A stretch of DNA of 63,171 nt, filler included, from Octopus bimaculoides (lineage: Eukaryota): the NCBI RefSeq assembly GCF_001194135.2. It is 5 parts of 5 records of this genome, joined end to end, with 100 filler letters (N's around TTAATTAATTAA, not from the genome) between each part and the next. Parts side by side here need not be neighbours in the genome. Positions count along the whole stretch, not along the records: positions 18,722 to 43,069 come from NC_069004.1; 4 more parts are not named here. One strand, given 5' to 3'. The first letter of the stretch is position 1. Each line of letters begins with the position of its first letter. Of this stretch, positions 24,427-37,651 are shown piece by piece. Position numbers and translations under genes: made by a program. The notes beneath the pieces were generated by a model. That model was given only the letters and a program-made list of their open reading frames with translations, searched no databases and was not told the DNA's origin.

Positions 24427-25540
24427 ATATGAAAGATAATCATCTGATAGAGTGTAATTTAAAAATGGTTTTGGATGATAATGTTTTGTCCATTAATTAT
24501 CCTTCATACAAGGTAATTTGAAATCTAGAGAATCCCATGGACTATGTATCTCAAGTTCAAGAGATGTTTGTCTGTATTAGGGTCCAGAAGTTCTGCTGAA
24601 ATAAAGGAATCAATTTGATTAGCTGAATTTTGTTGGTCAGTCAAATTAAAATGTAAACATATTTGACATCTTTTTGGACTCAAAATTTTGGATTTTATCA
24701 TGAAATTCATCAGGTTTAATTGCTTCAGCAAAACACTCTGACTGTGTGGTCATATCTGATATAATATTTTGTACGGTTGTCCAGGTAGTAACTGATTTTA
24801 ATTGTGATAAATAGGTCAGGTTGACCAAAGTGCAAGCATATGTCATTACATCTTATGTTGTTTGATGCATGTTATGTGCATTACCTGTAGGAATTGAAGG
24901 AGGAATGCAAAGTTGGTCAAGGTCTTCCCCAGCTGCATTATTGTTGATGGCATCTCTAAGATACATATATGAATCACATCTTAATTTTCTTTGATGGTTT
25001 TTAATCTTTCAGCTCTCATTTTTATAAACAACTGAAAATTGGTGTAAAAATGTCTCTAGTTAGCAGATAATGGTATATTATTCTCTAAAATCTTCATGGT
25101 TCCATCACAGAATTCAACACTAATCCTTAACCCCACCTTTTTTTTTTACCATATTTCCATTTAAATACTTTGTCCATGCTTTTCAATTCATTTTGGAAAT
25201 AGTTTAGAATTTGGTAGGATTTTGTCAAATAATTGAAGAAAATCTCAAGAAAAAGTTCTTGCTTAAAATGTTAATAACTACAAACATTTTAGAATTCAGT
25301 TATGTATCATAAAACCAGTTGGTAGTTACAGAAATGATTGGGATCTAGAAGGGGTTTAAATTCATACTATATAGGTACATGCATGGCTGTGTGATAAGAA
25401 GTTTGTTTTCTCACTAATTGGTTCCAGGTTCAGTCCCACTGTGTGGCACCTTGGGCAAGTGTCTTCTGCTATAGCCCTAGGCCAACCAAAGCCCTGTAAG
25501 TGGATTTCATAGATGGAAACTGAAAGAGGCCTGTTATATA

Positions 25541-26399
25541 CGAGGTGGTACCAAAAGGTTTCTGGACTAGTTTATCTTTAATAAAAAATAGCTTAGTTAC
25601 CTAAGTTTTAGCATCATCTCCTTTGAAATAGTCACTTTGCACAGCAATACACCAGTCCCAGCATTCCTGCCACTTTTGGAATCTAGCCTACAATTCGCTC
25701 TGAATCTTGACATTGGTGTTAAAATGGCAACCTTTGAGCTGCATTTTCATCTTAGGGAAGAGATGGAAATCCGCACGTGCTAAATCTGGTGAACAGGGAG
25801 GGTGCGGAAGCAATATGTTGATTTTGGCATGAAACTCACAAGTGAGGAGAGCTTATTGAAGAATCCAATTCTTTGTGCTCCACAGATCCGTCTCTCAAAA
25901 ACTTCAAAATGTTGCAGCAGAACTCTCAATTGACAGTCTGGCTCTGAGAGATGAATTCTCAATGCTCAATACCACATTTCTGGGAATGACACTCGTGACA
26001 GGTCTTCCAGATCGTACATCGTCTTCCAGATCGTACATCGTCTTCCAAAGACTTTCTTCAGCTTTTGAAGTGCCTGTGCCACTCAAATCATTTGCTACAA
26101 CCCATTGCCTCATTGCCATAAGCTTACTGAAGCATGTTCAATGTCTCTGTAGCAGACTTACCAAGTTTAATGCAAAATTTCGCATTGGGTCTTTGTTCCT
26201 GTCTATGACAAAATCACAGACTACAGCATACACATTATCAAAAAACACAAATTTCATAACTTGCAAAGTAGACACAGTGATATCACTTGGCACACTGCCC
26301 CATGAAGGTCATTGCTAGCTCTCGCTGCACACACAACTGTGTGCTGCCATCTGTTGTTGCACTACAGAACTAACCCAGAAACTTTTTGATACAACCTTG
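25541..26399 (-). mobile_element. Mariner deletion derivative inserted in a SINE B
   Basis: TA-flanked TIR CGAGGTGGTACCAAAAGG and GAAACTTTTTGATACAACCTTG; ORF 25904-26119(-) has LEDDVRSGRPVTS (HTH region). SINE B resumes on both sides. Confidence 0.85.
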
Positions 26400-26718
26400 C
26401 ATTTGTGTGTGTGTCTGTGTGTTTGTCCCCTGCCTTCTCTTGACAACTGGGGTTGCTTTGTTAATGTACCCATAACTTAGTCATATAGCAAAAGAGTCCA
26501 ACAGAATAAGTACCAGGCTTATAAAAATAAGTACTGGGTCAATTCATTTGAGTAAAACCTTTCAAGATGGTGCCCAAACATGGCCACAGTCCAATGACCA
26601 ACACAAGTAAAAGATAAAAGACATTTACTTTTGAATCTCAGATAATTTGGTGTTAGAGGAAGAGAAACAAATCCTGATTTTATATTCCATTTATTTAAAA
26701 TTTTTTTCTTTTAACCAG

Positions 26719-27515
26719 AAACCTTTGGTGCCATAATGAAGAAAAGCACATTACAGTGTAATGCAGATATACATTATCGAAGATATTTCAAGGCTCTTTC
26801 GGTAAAGAAAGAAACGATTTGTATATGTTTTATCTTTGTGTTTAAATAAGGGATGGGGAAAACCACATGAACTCATTTTATTGCATCTGCAAGCTGATGT
26901 ACTAGTATTTACTGAATATAGTAAGTTTTTCAATTACAACATTTATACAATACCTGTATGCCTATTTGCGACATAGCTGACGTTTCCATTACGAGTGAAA
27001 GCGGTCAGACTTGAACAGAAATTATTCAGCAATTGCCATTTGTATGGAAATTTTGTTTCCACTATAAAACACATTGCTAGGTTTGTACCACCCCCTTGAG
27101 ACCCAACTACACTCCAACTAAAAATATATTGCATGTATCGAAATAATATTTATATGCAACAAAAGCTGAAAAATGGTAGAAGATGCTGTGTAAAAATTAT
27201 TCATATCCATCTCTGCCTGCAGACCTTTTTCTTTGGAAATTTTTGCCCATCCCTGGTTTAAATGTATGACAGAAATAGCTAGGTTTCTTTCTCTGATATT
27301 TACATAGTTCAACCTATACAAGTGAATGAGTGACTTTTGAAAGTAGTAACTATATAATTAGTTTGTAAACATTGAATGGCCATGGGGATCCACCAGAAAA
27401 AAATAGTCTAGATCTTCTTTCTAGCCTGATAAATTTCATGCTACTAAAGTTGCATTTGCACTCAGGGGAGCTGCTTGAAATTATATTTGAACAACCATTT
27501 CTTTGGGTTATAAAG
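26719..27515 (+). CDS. Three tentative exons of an unidentified gene: 26719-26801, 26977-27080, 27425-27515
   Basis: GT-AG boundaries with phases that chain (1-0, 0-2, 2-0) into the exon at 27589; peptide TFGAIMKKSTLQCNADIHYRRYFKALS/LTFPLRVKAVRLEQKLFSNCHLYGNFVSTIKHIAS/LINFMLLKLHLHSGELLEIIFEQPFLWVIK. Some CpGs are retained in an otherwise depleted region. Alternative parses exist. Confidence 0.3.
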
Positions 27516-27588
27516 GTAGAGTTTGGGGCTGGGATTCCTCAAATATATCTCTGTTTCCTTAATTCTATACTTCGTTTTACATTGACAG

Positions 27589-27654
27589 GTGGATTGGACG
27601 AAGAAGCCCAGTATCTGTAATGAACCGGAAATTCTCAAGCAATATTTTAAGGAG
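27589..27654 (+). CDS. Candidate exon of the unidentified gene (VDWTKKPSICNEPEILKQYFKE)
   Basis: Acceptor TTCGTTTTACATTGACAG, donor GTATTA; 66 nt; phase 0-0 chains to 31009; unique sequence with retained CpGs. Confidence 0.5.
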
Positions 27655-30129
27655 GTATTATTATTTTATTTAGGCCTCTTCAAACTCAGTCTTCATCTTT
27701 ACTTTATCATTTCACTATTGTTATTGTGGCAAGCCAGAAAAAAAGTTAGTGTAGCACACCGGGCAAAATGCTGAGCAGTATTTCGTCTGAGTTCAAATTC
27801 CGCTGAAGTCGACTTTGCCTTTCATCCTTTCGGGGTCAATAAATTAAGTACCACTTAAGTTCTGGGGTCGATATAATCAACTGGTCCCCTCCCACAAAAT
27901 TTCAGGTCTTGTGCCTATAGTTGAAAGGGTTATTATTACCGTTGTGGGTTGAGAATGGTAGACTCGGTAAAGCATCAAATAAAATGTTTTGTGGTACTTA
28001 GTTCTTTCTATTTATAGTCTAAGTTCAGAGTCCATCATGTTCAATGTTTCCCTTTCATCCTTCTGCAGTGAGGAATTTATAAAAGTTAACAACAGCCTTT
28101 TTAGCATGTAGTATGTGGGTGATTGTTTTAGCATAACTAATGGCTTTCTTTAGGAGTGAGAATATGATTGAGTCATAGTAATTATCTATGCTGAACTGGA
28201 TAAGCTATTTCAAGTTTTATTCTCCATGTTTCTGAATCACTCAATTATCTCTATTGTACTCACCTGCTGGATAAGGTGAGTTTGCTCTACCTAAAGTCTT
28301 CACACTGATCTTGCCTATGTATGACTTGGTCAGATTGATTCATCTAATAGCAGGACTTCACAGTATGAAGTACAGCTGTTGGGGCTTGAGAGGATCGGTA
28401 TGATCCAAGATTCTGATTTTCCCAGTTATTCTTATATTGTCCACAGAGGTTTATGTGCTTTTGTTTTTTTAAATTTTAATGTAATTTTGTACTTGTTTCA
28501 GTCATTGGACTGTGGCTATGCTGGAGCACCACCTACAAGGGTTTAATTGAACAAATCAACCCCAGTACTTAGTTTTTGTATTTTTTTAAAGTTTGGTACT
28601 TATTTTATTGGTATCTATTTGCCAAACTGCTAAGTTATGGTGATATAAACCAACACCGGTTGTCAACTTGCGGTGGGGGGCAAGCACAAACATAAAGACA
28701 CATACACACACATAGATATACATGTATACAATAAGCTTCTTTCAGTTTCCATCCACCAAATCCACTTGTAAGGTTTAGGTCAGCTTGGGGCAATAATAGA
28801 AGTTATTTGTTCAAAGAGCCATTAGTGAAAGACACTTTCACAAGGTGCCAGGACCATGTGGTTAGAAAGCAAACCTTTTGAAACACAGTATCACTCTTCA
28901 TCAATTTTTGTGTACTTAATATGGTATAGGTTTCCAGTGGTCTTTGCAAACCCAGGTTCTCATCGAAACTTCTAATTTTACTTAAGAGTTATTGTTGTTG
29001 GAATTGGTTTCTGTTTCTCTTAAATTTACTTCTTTTTACCATGGAAAACAAAGTTTCCAAGAACAGCAATAGTAATTGGTTGGGTGGCTGTGTGTAATAT
29101 GTTTGAAACTTAGGTTTCTGCTTGTTGTGGCCCTCATTAGTGTCCTTTTGTTCAAATGTTGGTGAAAGGAAGCCAGGTGCATCATTCTTGAGGTCAACAA
29201 ACTATGAAATAGTTTATCAGAAAACTTCCTTTCTTTTTTTTTCCCCACACATCAATAGCATAGAAAAAAATATATTTACATTTTTATTTAATGCATAGTG
29301 AGGCTTTGTAATCTTGCTTTTGTCTTTTAATCTTTTACTTGTTTCAGTCATTGGATTGTGACCATGCTGGGGCAACACCTTAAAAGGTTTTAGTCTAACA
29401 AATTGGCCCAGTACTTATGTTTCATTTTTTTTCAAAGTTTGGCTCTTCTTGTATCAGTTTCTTTTGCTGAACTGCTAAGTTACAAGGATGTAAATAAAAC
29501 CAGTTGTCAAGTGATTGGTTGAGAGTGGTAAACACAGACACAAAGACTTTCACATAGACGTGTGTGTGTGTGTGTGCATGTGTGGTGATTGCTCCATCTT
29601 CACTGATGATTGCTGTCTTGTTATGCTTCCTTGTTGTTAATGACATTTCTGACTTTCTATCCATGACCTGTCAGATGTCTATTCAGTCCTTTTGCAGATC
29701 TGCATAGTTTAAAGCAAAGGTGACAAATGGAAGTTGTAACTTCTGCTGGATTGATATGTCTAGTGTACTTTCCTAGGAATTCATGTGAGTACTGCTCTCC
29801 CTAAAAGGGGCTGCTCAGTCACAAGCATCTCCACCAGAGTTGATCCCTGTCATAGGAAGACACAACAGTGATGCTAGGGTAAGATTCCTGTCACCTACGT
29901 GCATATTTGTAAAAGTGTGCTTCCACCTGGTTAGGTCTGTATACGTTGCCACTCTTCCATTGTTATAGGACTTTCAGTAGCTGGAATGTTTTGGAGACAC
30001 GGCAAGGTTGTTTTATGTGTTCATCATCTGATCCTAGCAGAAATTTTTCTCGTCTGAGAGAAACCAAAACATGTTTGGTTGGAGGGGAAACTTGAGCTTG
30101 TTCAAAAGCTTCATAGCATGGTCTTTCCT

Positions 30130-30676
30130 CTTGTTTTAGATGGCTTGGGATAAAAATTAGCCCTTTCTCATCTTGTATGTGGAATACTGAATGTCTTCAT
30201 GCACTACCTGCTTGATAAGAAACTCAGACACTCCCATGTTCCTGGCGATGGACCTGATTGACTTGGAGGGATCGTTGGCAATCATGGCCTGGATCTCACC
30301 AACAAATTCAGGAGTTGTTTTCTTCTCAGAACAATCAGAGTGAGTTTTCCGAATTGCCATACCTTCCTAATCACCATTAGACTCATCCAACTCATTCCAA
30401 ATCCTCTGCACTGTCCTCAGATTGACATCCAAATGCTCTGAAATGTTCATATTGGAGCTTCTGGTGCAAATGCCAAGCAGCACAGCATGCCGTTTCTAAA
30501 TTTCTGGCAGAGTGAATTGTGTCATGGTGCTGTTTTTCTCACAGACAGTGCCCAACTGGCCCTACTATACTTGTAGTCAACAAAATCAAAAACAAACAGT
30601 GCACATGCTTGAAATATAATGAAACAATGCACATGCATGAAAATATAGAATAGTGACAATTTACCCATTGCACCCT

Positions 30677-30677
<1 letters not shown>
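30130..30677 (-). mobile_element. Tc1/mariner-superfamily (maT/DD37D-like) 5' fragment
   Basis: TA|CAGGGTGCAATGGGTAAATTG terminus at 30677; ORF 30157-30360 has EFVGEIQAMIANDPSKSIRSIARNMGVSEFLIKQVVHEDI (HTH). Confidence 0.75.
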
Positions 30678-30724
<47 letters not shown>

Positions 30725-31008
30725 CCTTTTTTTTTTTTATCTTTTACCTATTTTAGTCATTAGACTGCAGCCATGTTCCCTGTCACAAAGGAATTGATCC
30801 CAGTACTTATTTTAAAAAATCTGATAGTTATTCTATTGGTTTCTTTTGCCAAACCGGTAAGTTATGGGAATCTAAAGACATCAGTACCTGTTGTCCAGCG
30901 GTGGTGGGGAACAAACACAGACACAAGGAGACACAAACACACACACACACACACACACACAACAGGCTTCTTTCAGTTTCCGTATATATATAATTTTTAT
31001 CATTGTAG

Positions 31009-31118
31009 CTCACCAAAACTCAAGATTCAAAGGTGAGGGTAAGGAAATCGCATCTTAGCATACAGATGGCCCGGCAGATGTTATATGAGGCAGCATTAAA
31101 TGAGTCTGCTTTCCAACA
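31009..31118 (+). CDS. Candidate exon of the unidentified gene (LTKTQDSKVRVRKSHLSIQMARQMLYEAALNESAFQ)
   Basis: Acceptor TTTTTATCATTGTAG, strong donor GTAAGG; 110 nt, phase 0-2, open frame; CpGs kept in TCG and CGG codons. Confidence 0.55.
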
Positions 31119-32429
31119 GTAAGGAAAAGATGTTTATTTTGTTGTTATTTTCTTTATTTACTTTTGTTTCAAAAATTTGATGTACATATATGGTTGTATG
31201 TGTGTGCGTGTATATTTGTATATCTATCTACCTATCTATGTGTATGTGTATATTTATGTGTATGTATGTATATTTGTGTATGTATATGTATGTTTATATA
31301 TATTTTGCTTAGGCATTGTGATACTAATAACTTGGTGTAGAACTCCGTATACATTTTTCTGAATGAAGTGTTATTTGAGTACAGAGCAGTAATAAGAAAA
31401 AAGAGATGACAAAGAAATAAGTGACTGATATGATGTGGAAAATACAGATAAACAGACATGCATAAACATATATACTCTTTACTCTTTCACTTGTTTCATT
31501 CATTTGACTGCGACCAGAATACACACAGACATACATATATATATATATATTTTTAAAAATAACGTTGACCACTAACGTGGACAATTAATGTGCTAGAAAT
31601 AGATCACATCTTGTGTCTATTAAGACCTAAATTGCTCTCAGCATGAAATATAGCAGTATACCAAAACGTAAGCGGGCAAGACATTTAAAACACCTAAAAA
31701 AACACTATTAAACAGGTACTGGTTTCGGATTTAACAAATCTTACCGATTCTCCATTCCTCTTCAACCTGATTTGTAATGTAANNNNNNNNNNNNNNNNNN
31801 NNNNNNNNNNNNNNNNNNNNNNNNNNNNNNNNNNNNNNNNNNNNNNNNNNNNNNNNNNNNNNNNNNNNNNNNNNNNNNNNNNNNNNNNNNNNNNNNNNNN
31901 NNNNNNNNNNNNNNNNNNNNNNNNNNNNNNNNNNNNNNNNNNNNNNNNNNNNNNNNNNNNNNNNNNNNNNNNNNNNNNNNNNNNNNNNNNNNNNNNNNNN
32001 NNNNNNNNNNNNNNNNNNNNNNNNNNNNNNNNNNNNNNNNNNNNNNNNNNNNNNNNNNNNNNNNNNNNNNNNNNNNNNNNNNNNNNNNNNNNNNNNNNNN
32101 NNNNNNNNNNNNNNNNNNNNNNNNNNNNNNNNNNNNNNNNNNNNNNNNNNNNNNNNNNNNNNNNNNNNNNNNNNNNNNNNNNNNNNNNNNNNNNNNNNNN
32201 NNNNNNNNNNNNNATATATATATATATATATATAGTCAATAAATCATAAATCTGAAAGAGAAGCACACTCTAAGTTATACAGTAGTATAGTATTTAGATA
32301 AAGATAATTATGGCCTGTCTATGGGGTTACCCAAGGTTTCATGTCCATAAAGTGTTTAGCTTTACAGCGTCTCTTCAGACCCTAATGGCCAGTGGTCTAT
32401 AACCTCTCTTGAAAGTGGAGGGAGAAAAG

Positions 32430-32835
32430 ACTTCATAGCTACTTGTTGAACACATGGACAAAGAGAAGAGTTTAGCACAAGGGATTGTCTCCCTTAGACT
32501 GCTATCTGAAATTGACCCGGTTGGCTTGTGTGCCCCAGGACTTGAGTAGGAATCTCCTGAAGTGTAATAAGGGTCCGAAGACTTCTGTCCTGGAATTTAA
32601 GATGTTCCCTGGGTCGAGGGAATTCTTTAATATTCTCATCTATTTCAGCTATGCACAGCTTGTTATGCTTACTCCTGTTGATGTAGGGGCCTGAATTTTC
32701 TTGGATCTTCCATAAGATTATGTGTGGAGTCCATTTGTCCTTCAGGTGCCACACATGGTTGGCAAAGGGTGTAGTGTATCATCTGTCTGGGATCCTAAAT
32801 GAAGATCTGTGGTTGGGAAGGTGTTTCTGGAATAT
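32430..32835 (-). mobile_element. Penelope-like element remnant (GIY-YIG endonuclease C-terminus)
   Basis: ANHVWHLKDKWTPHIILWKIQENSGPYINRSKHNKLCIAE resembles the PLE motif S.YIW.LK......I.W.I.....PY......C.LC..EK. Confidence 0.75.
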
Positions 32836-33354
32836 CCAATACATCTTCATATACTGCTACTGGCAATGCTGCTACTTCTGCTGTTGCTGGTGCTGCTGCT
32901 GTTGGTGTTGGCATCATTAAAGCTGATGTAGGGGGTATCATTGGCGGTGGTGTTGGTTTTGGTGCTGTTGCTGGTTACAGCCATCATCGTTGCTGTTGGA
33001 GCTGTTATCAACGCTATATTGGTGGCTGCTGTTGTTGTTGTTATCCTTATTAGCATTATCATGATCAATGGTGTTGCTGCTATTTATTTTAGAGTTGCTG
33101 CTGTTGCCATTAATACTGCCATTCCTGTAGTAGTTGGGAAAGCTGCTGCTTCTATCAGGGTCAGATACCACCTAAGCTTTGTAAACAACCCCCTTGGTTT
33201 CACATTGGCCTCCCACTGGGCATCTGCTGTTGTCCCTGCATTGAGCATCCTGCCTCTGCTCATGGGCTAAGGGTGTTAACGAAAATACTCTTAATATTAG
33301 GGTCACACTCCTACACCACAGGTGGCAGTGGGAGGCTACAGGGACTACAGCAGA

Positions 33355-33807
33355 TGACCCCAGGACCAAAAAGTCAATTGTGAGTTCTACTGTGACGTTT
33401 TGAAGCGATTGAGGGAGAACATTGAGTAAAAGCAAGTGGATCTGTGGAGCGCAATGAACTGGCTTCTTCACTGAGCTCTCCTCACTCATGAATTTCTCAC
33501 CCAAAACAACGTGGTATTACTTCTGCACCCATGCTATTCACCAGATTTAGCACCTGCAGATTTCCATCTCTTCCCCAAGATGAAAATACAGCTCAAAGGT
33601 CATCATTTTGACACCATTGATGAGATCCAGAGCAAATCGCAGAAGGTCCTTGACTCGCTTACAGAAAACGACTTCCAGGCTGGATTCCAAAAGTGGCAAG
33701 AACACTAGGATCAGTGTATTACTGTGCAAGGTGACTATTTCGAAGGAGAGGATGTTAAATTATTTTTTTTTAAACAACTAGTCCAGGAATCCTTTGATAC
33801 CACCTCA
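33355..33807 (+). mobile_element. Mariner 3' fragment with right TIR
   Basis: HPCYSPDLAPADFHLFPKMK (YSPDLAP.D motif); TIR CTAGTCCAGGAATCCTTTGATACCACCTC followed by ATA. Confidence 0.9.
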
Positions 33808-34328
33808 TATATGTCTGCACTAGTGTATATGATATAAATTACATAGTACTATTTACATTTTACAAGCTAATACAGATATAGAAGGCTAATTCATCAAATG
33901 TACAGAATATCATGGATACATTGATTCTTCAACTTCAGTATACAAAAAGCCATCTTCAGATATTAAAGTATGGAAAACAATAAATTAATAAAATAGTTCT
34001 TAATAAAAGGGAAGAAATGAGATTTTGTAAGATATTAAAAAGAAAGCAGTGGGTAGTGGTGGTGGAAATTAAGATTGTGCATAATATGATAGAGAAAGAG
34101 AGAGAGAGAGAGTGAGACGGTTTATTGTTAATAACCTGGAAATATTAATAATGGAGGTAAAAAAGAAGAAAGTTTAATGAGATGAGAGAGGAGTTTGCAG
34201 ATATTGTTTTCAAAACATAGCAATCAATATCAACAAAAATAAAAATAAAATGAAAGTAAAAATTATGATGAGAGAGAGGAAGACAGAATAAGAACAATAG
34301 AAATTAGTATGGGAAATCGGAGGATACT

Positions 34329-34720
34329 TGTTGTTGTTGTTGGCACTCCGTCGCTTACGACGTTGAGGGTTCCAGTTGATCCGATCAACGGAACAGCCTG
34401 CTCGTGAAATTAACGTGCAAGTGGCTGAGCACTCCACAGACACGTGTACCCTTAACATAGCTCTCGGGGATATTCAGCGTGACACAGAGTGTGACAAGGC
34501 TGACCCTTTGAATTACAGGTACAACAGAAACAGGAAGTAAGAGTGAGAGAAAGTTGTGGTGGAACAGTACAGCAGGGTTTGCCACCATCCCCTGCCGGAG
34601 CTTCGTGGAGCTTTAGGTGTTTTTGCTCAATAAACACTCACAACGCCCGGTTTGGGAATCGAAACCGCGATCCTATGACCGCGAGTCCGCTGCCGTAACC
34701 ACTGGGCCATTGCGCCTCCA
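34329..34720 (-). mobile_element. tRNA-derived SINE family C, full length, 10-bp TSD
   Basis: Reverse complement of 12285-12670; GGAGGATACT at 34319-34328 and 34723-34732. Confidence 0.9.
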
Positions 34721-34817
34721 CTGGAGGATACTAGGCTATATAGATCAAACAAAACACAGTAAATATTTATCATTTAGGAAGAAACAATGATACAAACCAA
34801 ACTAAACAGTGTTTAGA

Positions 34818-34997
34818 AATATATAATTAATAATATAAGACAATATATAATTAATAATATAAGACAGAATATATAATTAATAATATAAGACAGAATATAT
34901 AATTAATAATATAAGACAGAATATATAATTAATAATATAAGACAGAATATATAATTAATAATATAAGACAGAATATATAATTAATAATATAAGACAG
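34818..34997. repeat. 26-bp AT-rich minisatellite, 7 units
   Basis: (AG)AATATATAATTAATAATATAAGAC repeated; the last five units are identical. Confidence 0.95.
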
Positions 34998-35649
34998 CTA
35001 GATATATATTAAAAAAATGTTGCTGTACCTTGTAAATTCGAATCCTGCTGAGATCACTTTTGTCTTTCTTCTATCTCTCAAAGTATGGGTTGGTGAGGGA
35101 GTTGATATGGTTGAGGATACCCAGTATCTTTTAACTTTTACTTGTTTTGGTCATTGGAGTGTGGCCATACTGGGGTACTGCCTTGAAGCATTTTAATTGA
35201 ACAGTTTGAACCTAGTACTTAACCTTAAGTTTGGTACATTTTTTTTATTTTCATTTTCGATGAACTGCTAACTTAAGAGGATGAAAACAAACCAAGACTT
35301 GTTGTCAAGCAGTAGTGGGGGAGGGGAGGATACATGAAAATACACACACACACATATACATGTGTGCATGTGTATATTTATATTCTTTTATTCTTTTACT
35401 TGTTTCAGTCATTTGACTATGGTCATACTGGAGCATCGCCGAAAAGGTTTTTAGTCGAATAAATCGACCCTAGGACTTATTCTTTGTAAGCTTAGTACTT
35501 ATTCTATTGGTCTCTTTTGCCGAACTGCTAAGTTATGGGGATGTAAGCACACCAACAATATTGTCAAGCAATGGTGCAGGGACAAACACAAAGACACACA
35601 CACATAAATATATACATACATATATATATATATCGGCTTCATTTCTTTC

Positions 35650-36335
35650 AAACCTACACATGTCCTCAGCTGTCATAGCCCATGGCAATGAAACATACGC
35701 TATGGGAGCCAAGGACGTAAGAGGAATCAGATGTGGTGTGCAAGAGAGATGACTGCGCTGGTATGGTCATGTGATGCATATGGATGAGGACAGCTGTGTA
35801 AAGAAGTGCCAATCTCTAACTGTGAAGGGAACCTGTGGTAGAGGTGGACCCAAGAAGACATGGGACGAGGTGATGAAGCATGATCTTCAAACTTTGATCC
35901 TCACAGAAGCAATGACTGGTGACCAAGACCTTTGGCAATGTGCTCTGCTTAAGAGGACCTGTCAAGCCAAGTCCACCCATGCTGGTGGCACATAAAGAAC
36001 ATCTTTTGAACGTTGGACCTCACAGAGGCAAGAGGCTGAATTCCTTTTGAGTGTTGTGCCTCATGGAGGCAATGACCACGTCTGTTGGCATTATGTCATG
36101 CTTGAGAAGGAGACCCATCAAGCCAGTGTCACACAAATGGCACCTGTGCCGACGGCACATAAACGCACCCATTACACTCTTGGAGTGGTTGGCATTAGAA
36201 AGGGCACCCAGCCATAGAAAACCATGCCAAATCAGACTGGATCCTGATGTAGCCTTCCAGTGTGCCAGCCCAATCAAACCATCCAACCCATGCCAGCATG
36301 GACAATGGATGTTAAATGATGATGATGAGGATGAT
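35650..36335 (+). mobile_element. RTE-clade LINE 3' fragment
   Basis: IRCGVQER*LRWYGHVMHMDEDSCVKKCQSLTVKGTCGRGGPKKTWDEV matches the RTE C-terminal RLRW.GHV.RM...GRP..TW motif; 3' UTR ends in (GAT)n. A related 3' UTR lies at ~7440-7650. Confidence 0.85.
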
Positions 36336-36480
36336 ATATATATATGTGGCAGGCTTCTTTCAGTTTCTGTCTACCAAATCCACAAGGCTTTGGTCAGCCT
36401 GACGCTACAGTAAGAGACACTTGCCCAAGGTGTCATGCAGTAGTGCTGAACCCAGGACCATGTGGTTGGGAAGCAAGCTT

Positions 36481-36517
<37 letters not shown>

Positions 36518-36852
36518 NNNNNNNNNNNNNNNNNNNNNNNNNNNNNNNNNNNNNNNNNNNNNNNNNNNNNNNNNNNNNNNNNNNNNNNNNNNNNNNNNNN
36601 NNNNNNNNNNNNNNNNNNNNNNNNNNNNNNNNNNNNNNNNNNNNNNNNNNNNNNNNNNNNNNNNNNNNNNNNNNNNNNNNNNNNNNNNNNNNNNNNNNNN
36701 NNNNNNNNNNNNNNNNNNNNNNNNNNNNNNNNNNNNNNNNNNNNNNNNNNNNNNNNNNNNNNNNNNNNNNNNNNNNNNNNNNNTATATATATATATATAT
36801 ATATAAATATATATATAGATAGATAGGTAGACAGACAGACAGATAGATAGAT

Positions 36853-36884
<32 letters not shown>

Positions 36885-37471
36885 CTTCTTTGAGTTTCCA
36901 TTTACCAAATTCATCCACAAGGCTTTGATTGGCCAATGACTGTGGTAGACACTTGCCCATGGTGTCATTCATGCAGTAGGACTGACCCTAGAACTATAAG
37001 CATAATATCAATAGAATGAAGGTATAAAAGCAGTACAGGTTAAGGGTTGATATAATTAAAGATACCCAGTTTGGCCACAGTCACTGGAATCCTTGTTTCT
37101 ATGGGAAGAAAGGGATGTGTGGGTGGCAGTACTTGAATTTCATTTCTTGTATATTTGTTTGTTCCTCCTCCCTCTCCTCCTTAATGGCCTGGCCTCCTCC
37201 ACCACTTACTTTAAGATAAGAAATTACAGAATGACATTAATGCATGTTTAAAGATAAATTTTCAACTTCTGGGAAATTTATTTCAGTTGTTTATAATAAG
37301 GCAATGAGATATCCCAGAATTCTCTGGTTACTTAGTTGTGTAGCCATAATAAGAGTTTAGGTCTCAACATACCATTGTCACTAGGCAAAAATCAAAGTAG
37401 CTGTACCTTCAATTATACAAGCATAATCTTTTGGTAAGTGTCTTTTATAATTTTGTATACATAATGCAGTG

Positions 37472-37518
<47 letters not shown>

Positions 37519-37617
37519 ACGTACATGTATGTATATATATAATCAGTGGATCATATATCTGAAAAAAGAAAGCACACTCTAAATGTTAGAACAGTAATGT
37601 ATTTACANNNNNNNNNN

Positions 37618-37651
<34 letters not shown>

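Larger units (their letters stand above)
21330..24975 (-). mobile_element. Degenerate Helitron Rep/helicase (RepHel) fossil, interrupted by later insertions
   Basis: Minus-strand translations match conserved RepHel blocks: YLRDAINNNAAGEDLDQLCIPPS...DVMTY (~24960-24830), QIDSFISAELLDP, NKWIV...VFCNSVKSIKYVNKGSD...YLSSNKIFWEMFGIPNHERYSTV (22451-22709), YLHEVIGPRSSEDLRTADG; many stops and frameshifts. Confidence 0.9.

Noticed and set aside
26851-26920. GWGKPHEL peptide resembling the ABHD18 N-terminus (GWGRPEDL)
   Set aside because: It needs 49- and 56-nt introns and runs into a stop in the next exon; neighbouring peptides show no ABHD18 similarity.
32799-33270. Ala/Val/Gly-rich ORFs resembling a low-complexity protein
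   Set aside because: A decayed (GCT/GTT/GGT)n tract open on both strands, with no splice support.
34818-34997. CRISPR-like direct repeats
   Set aside because: Head-to-tail units with no spacers, in a eukaryotic context with no cas genes.
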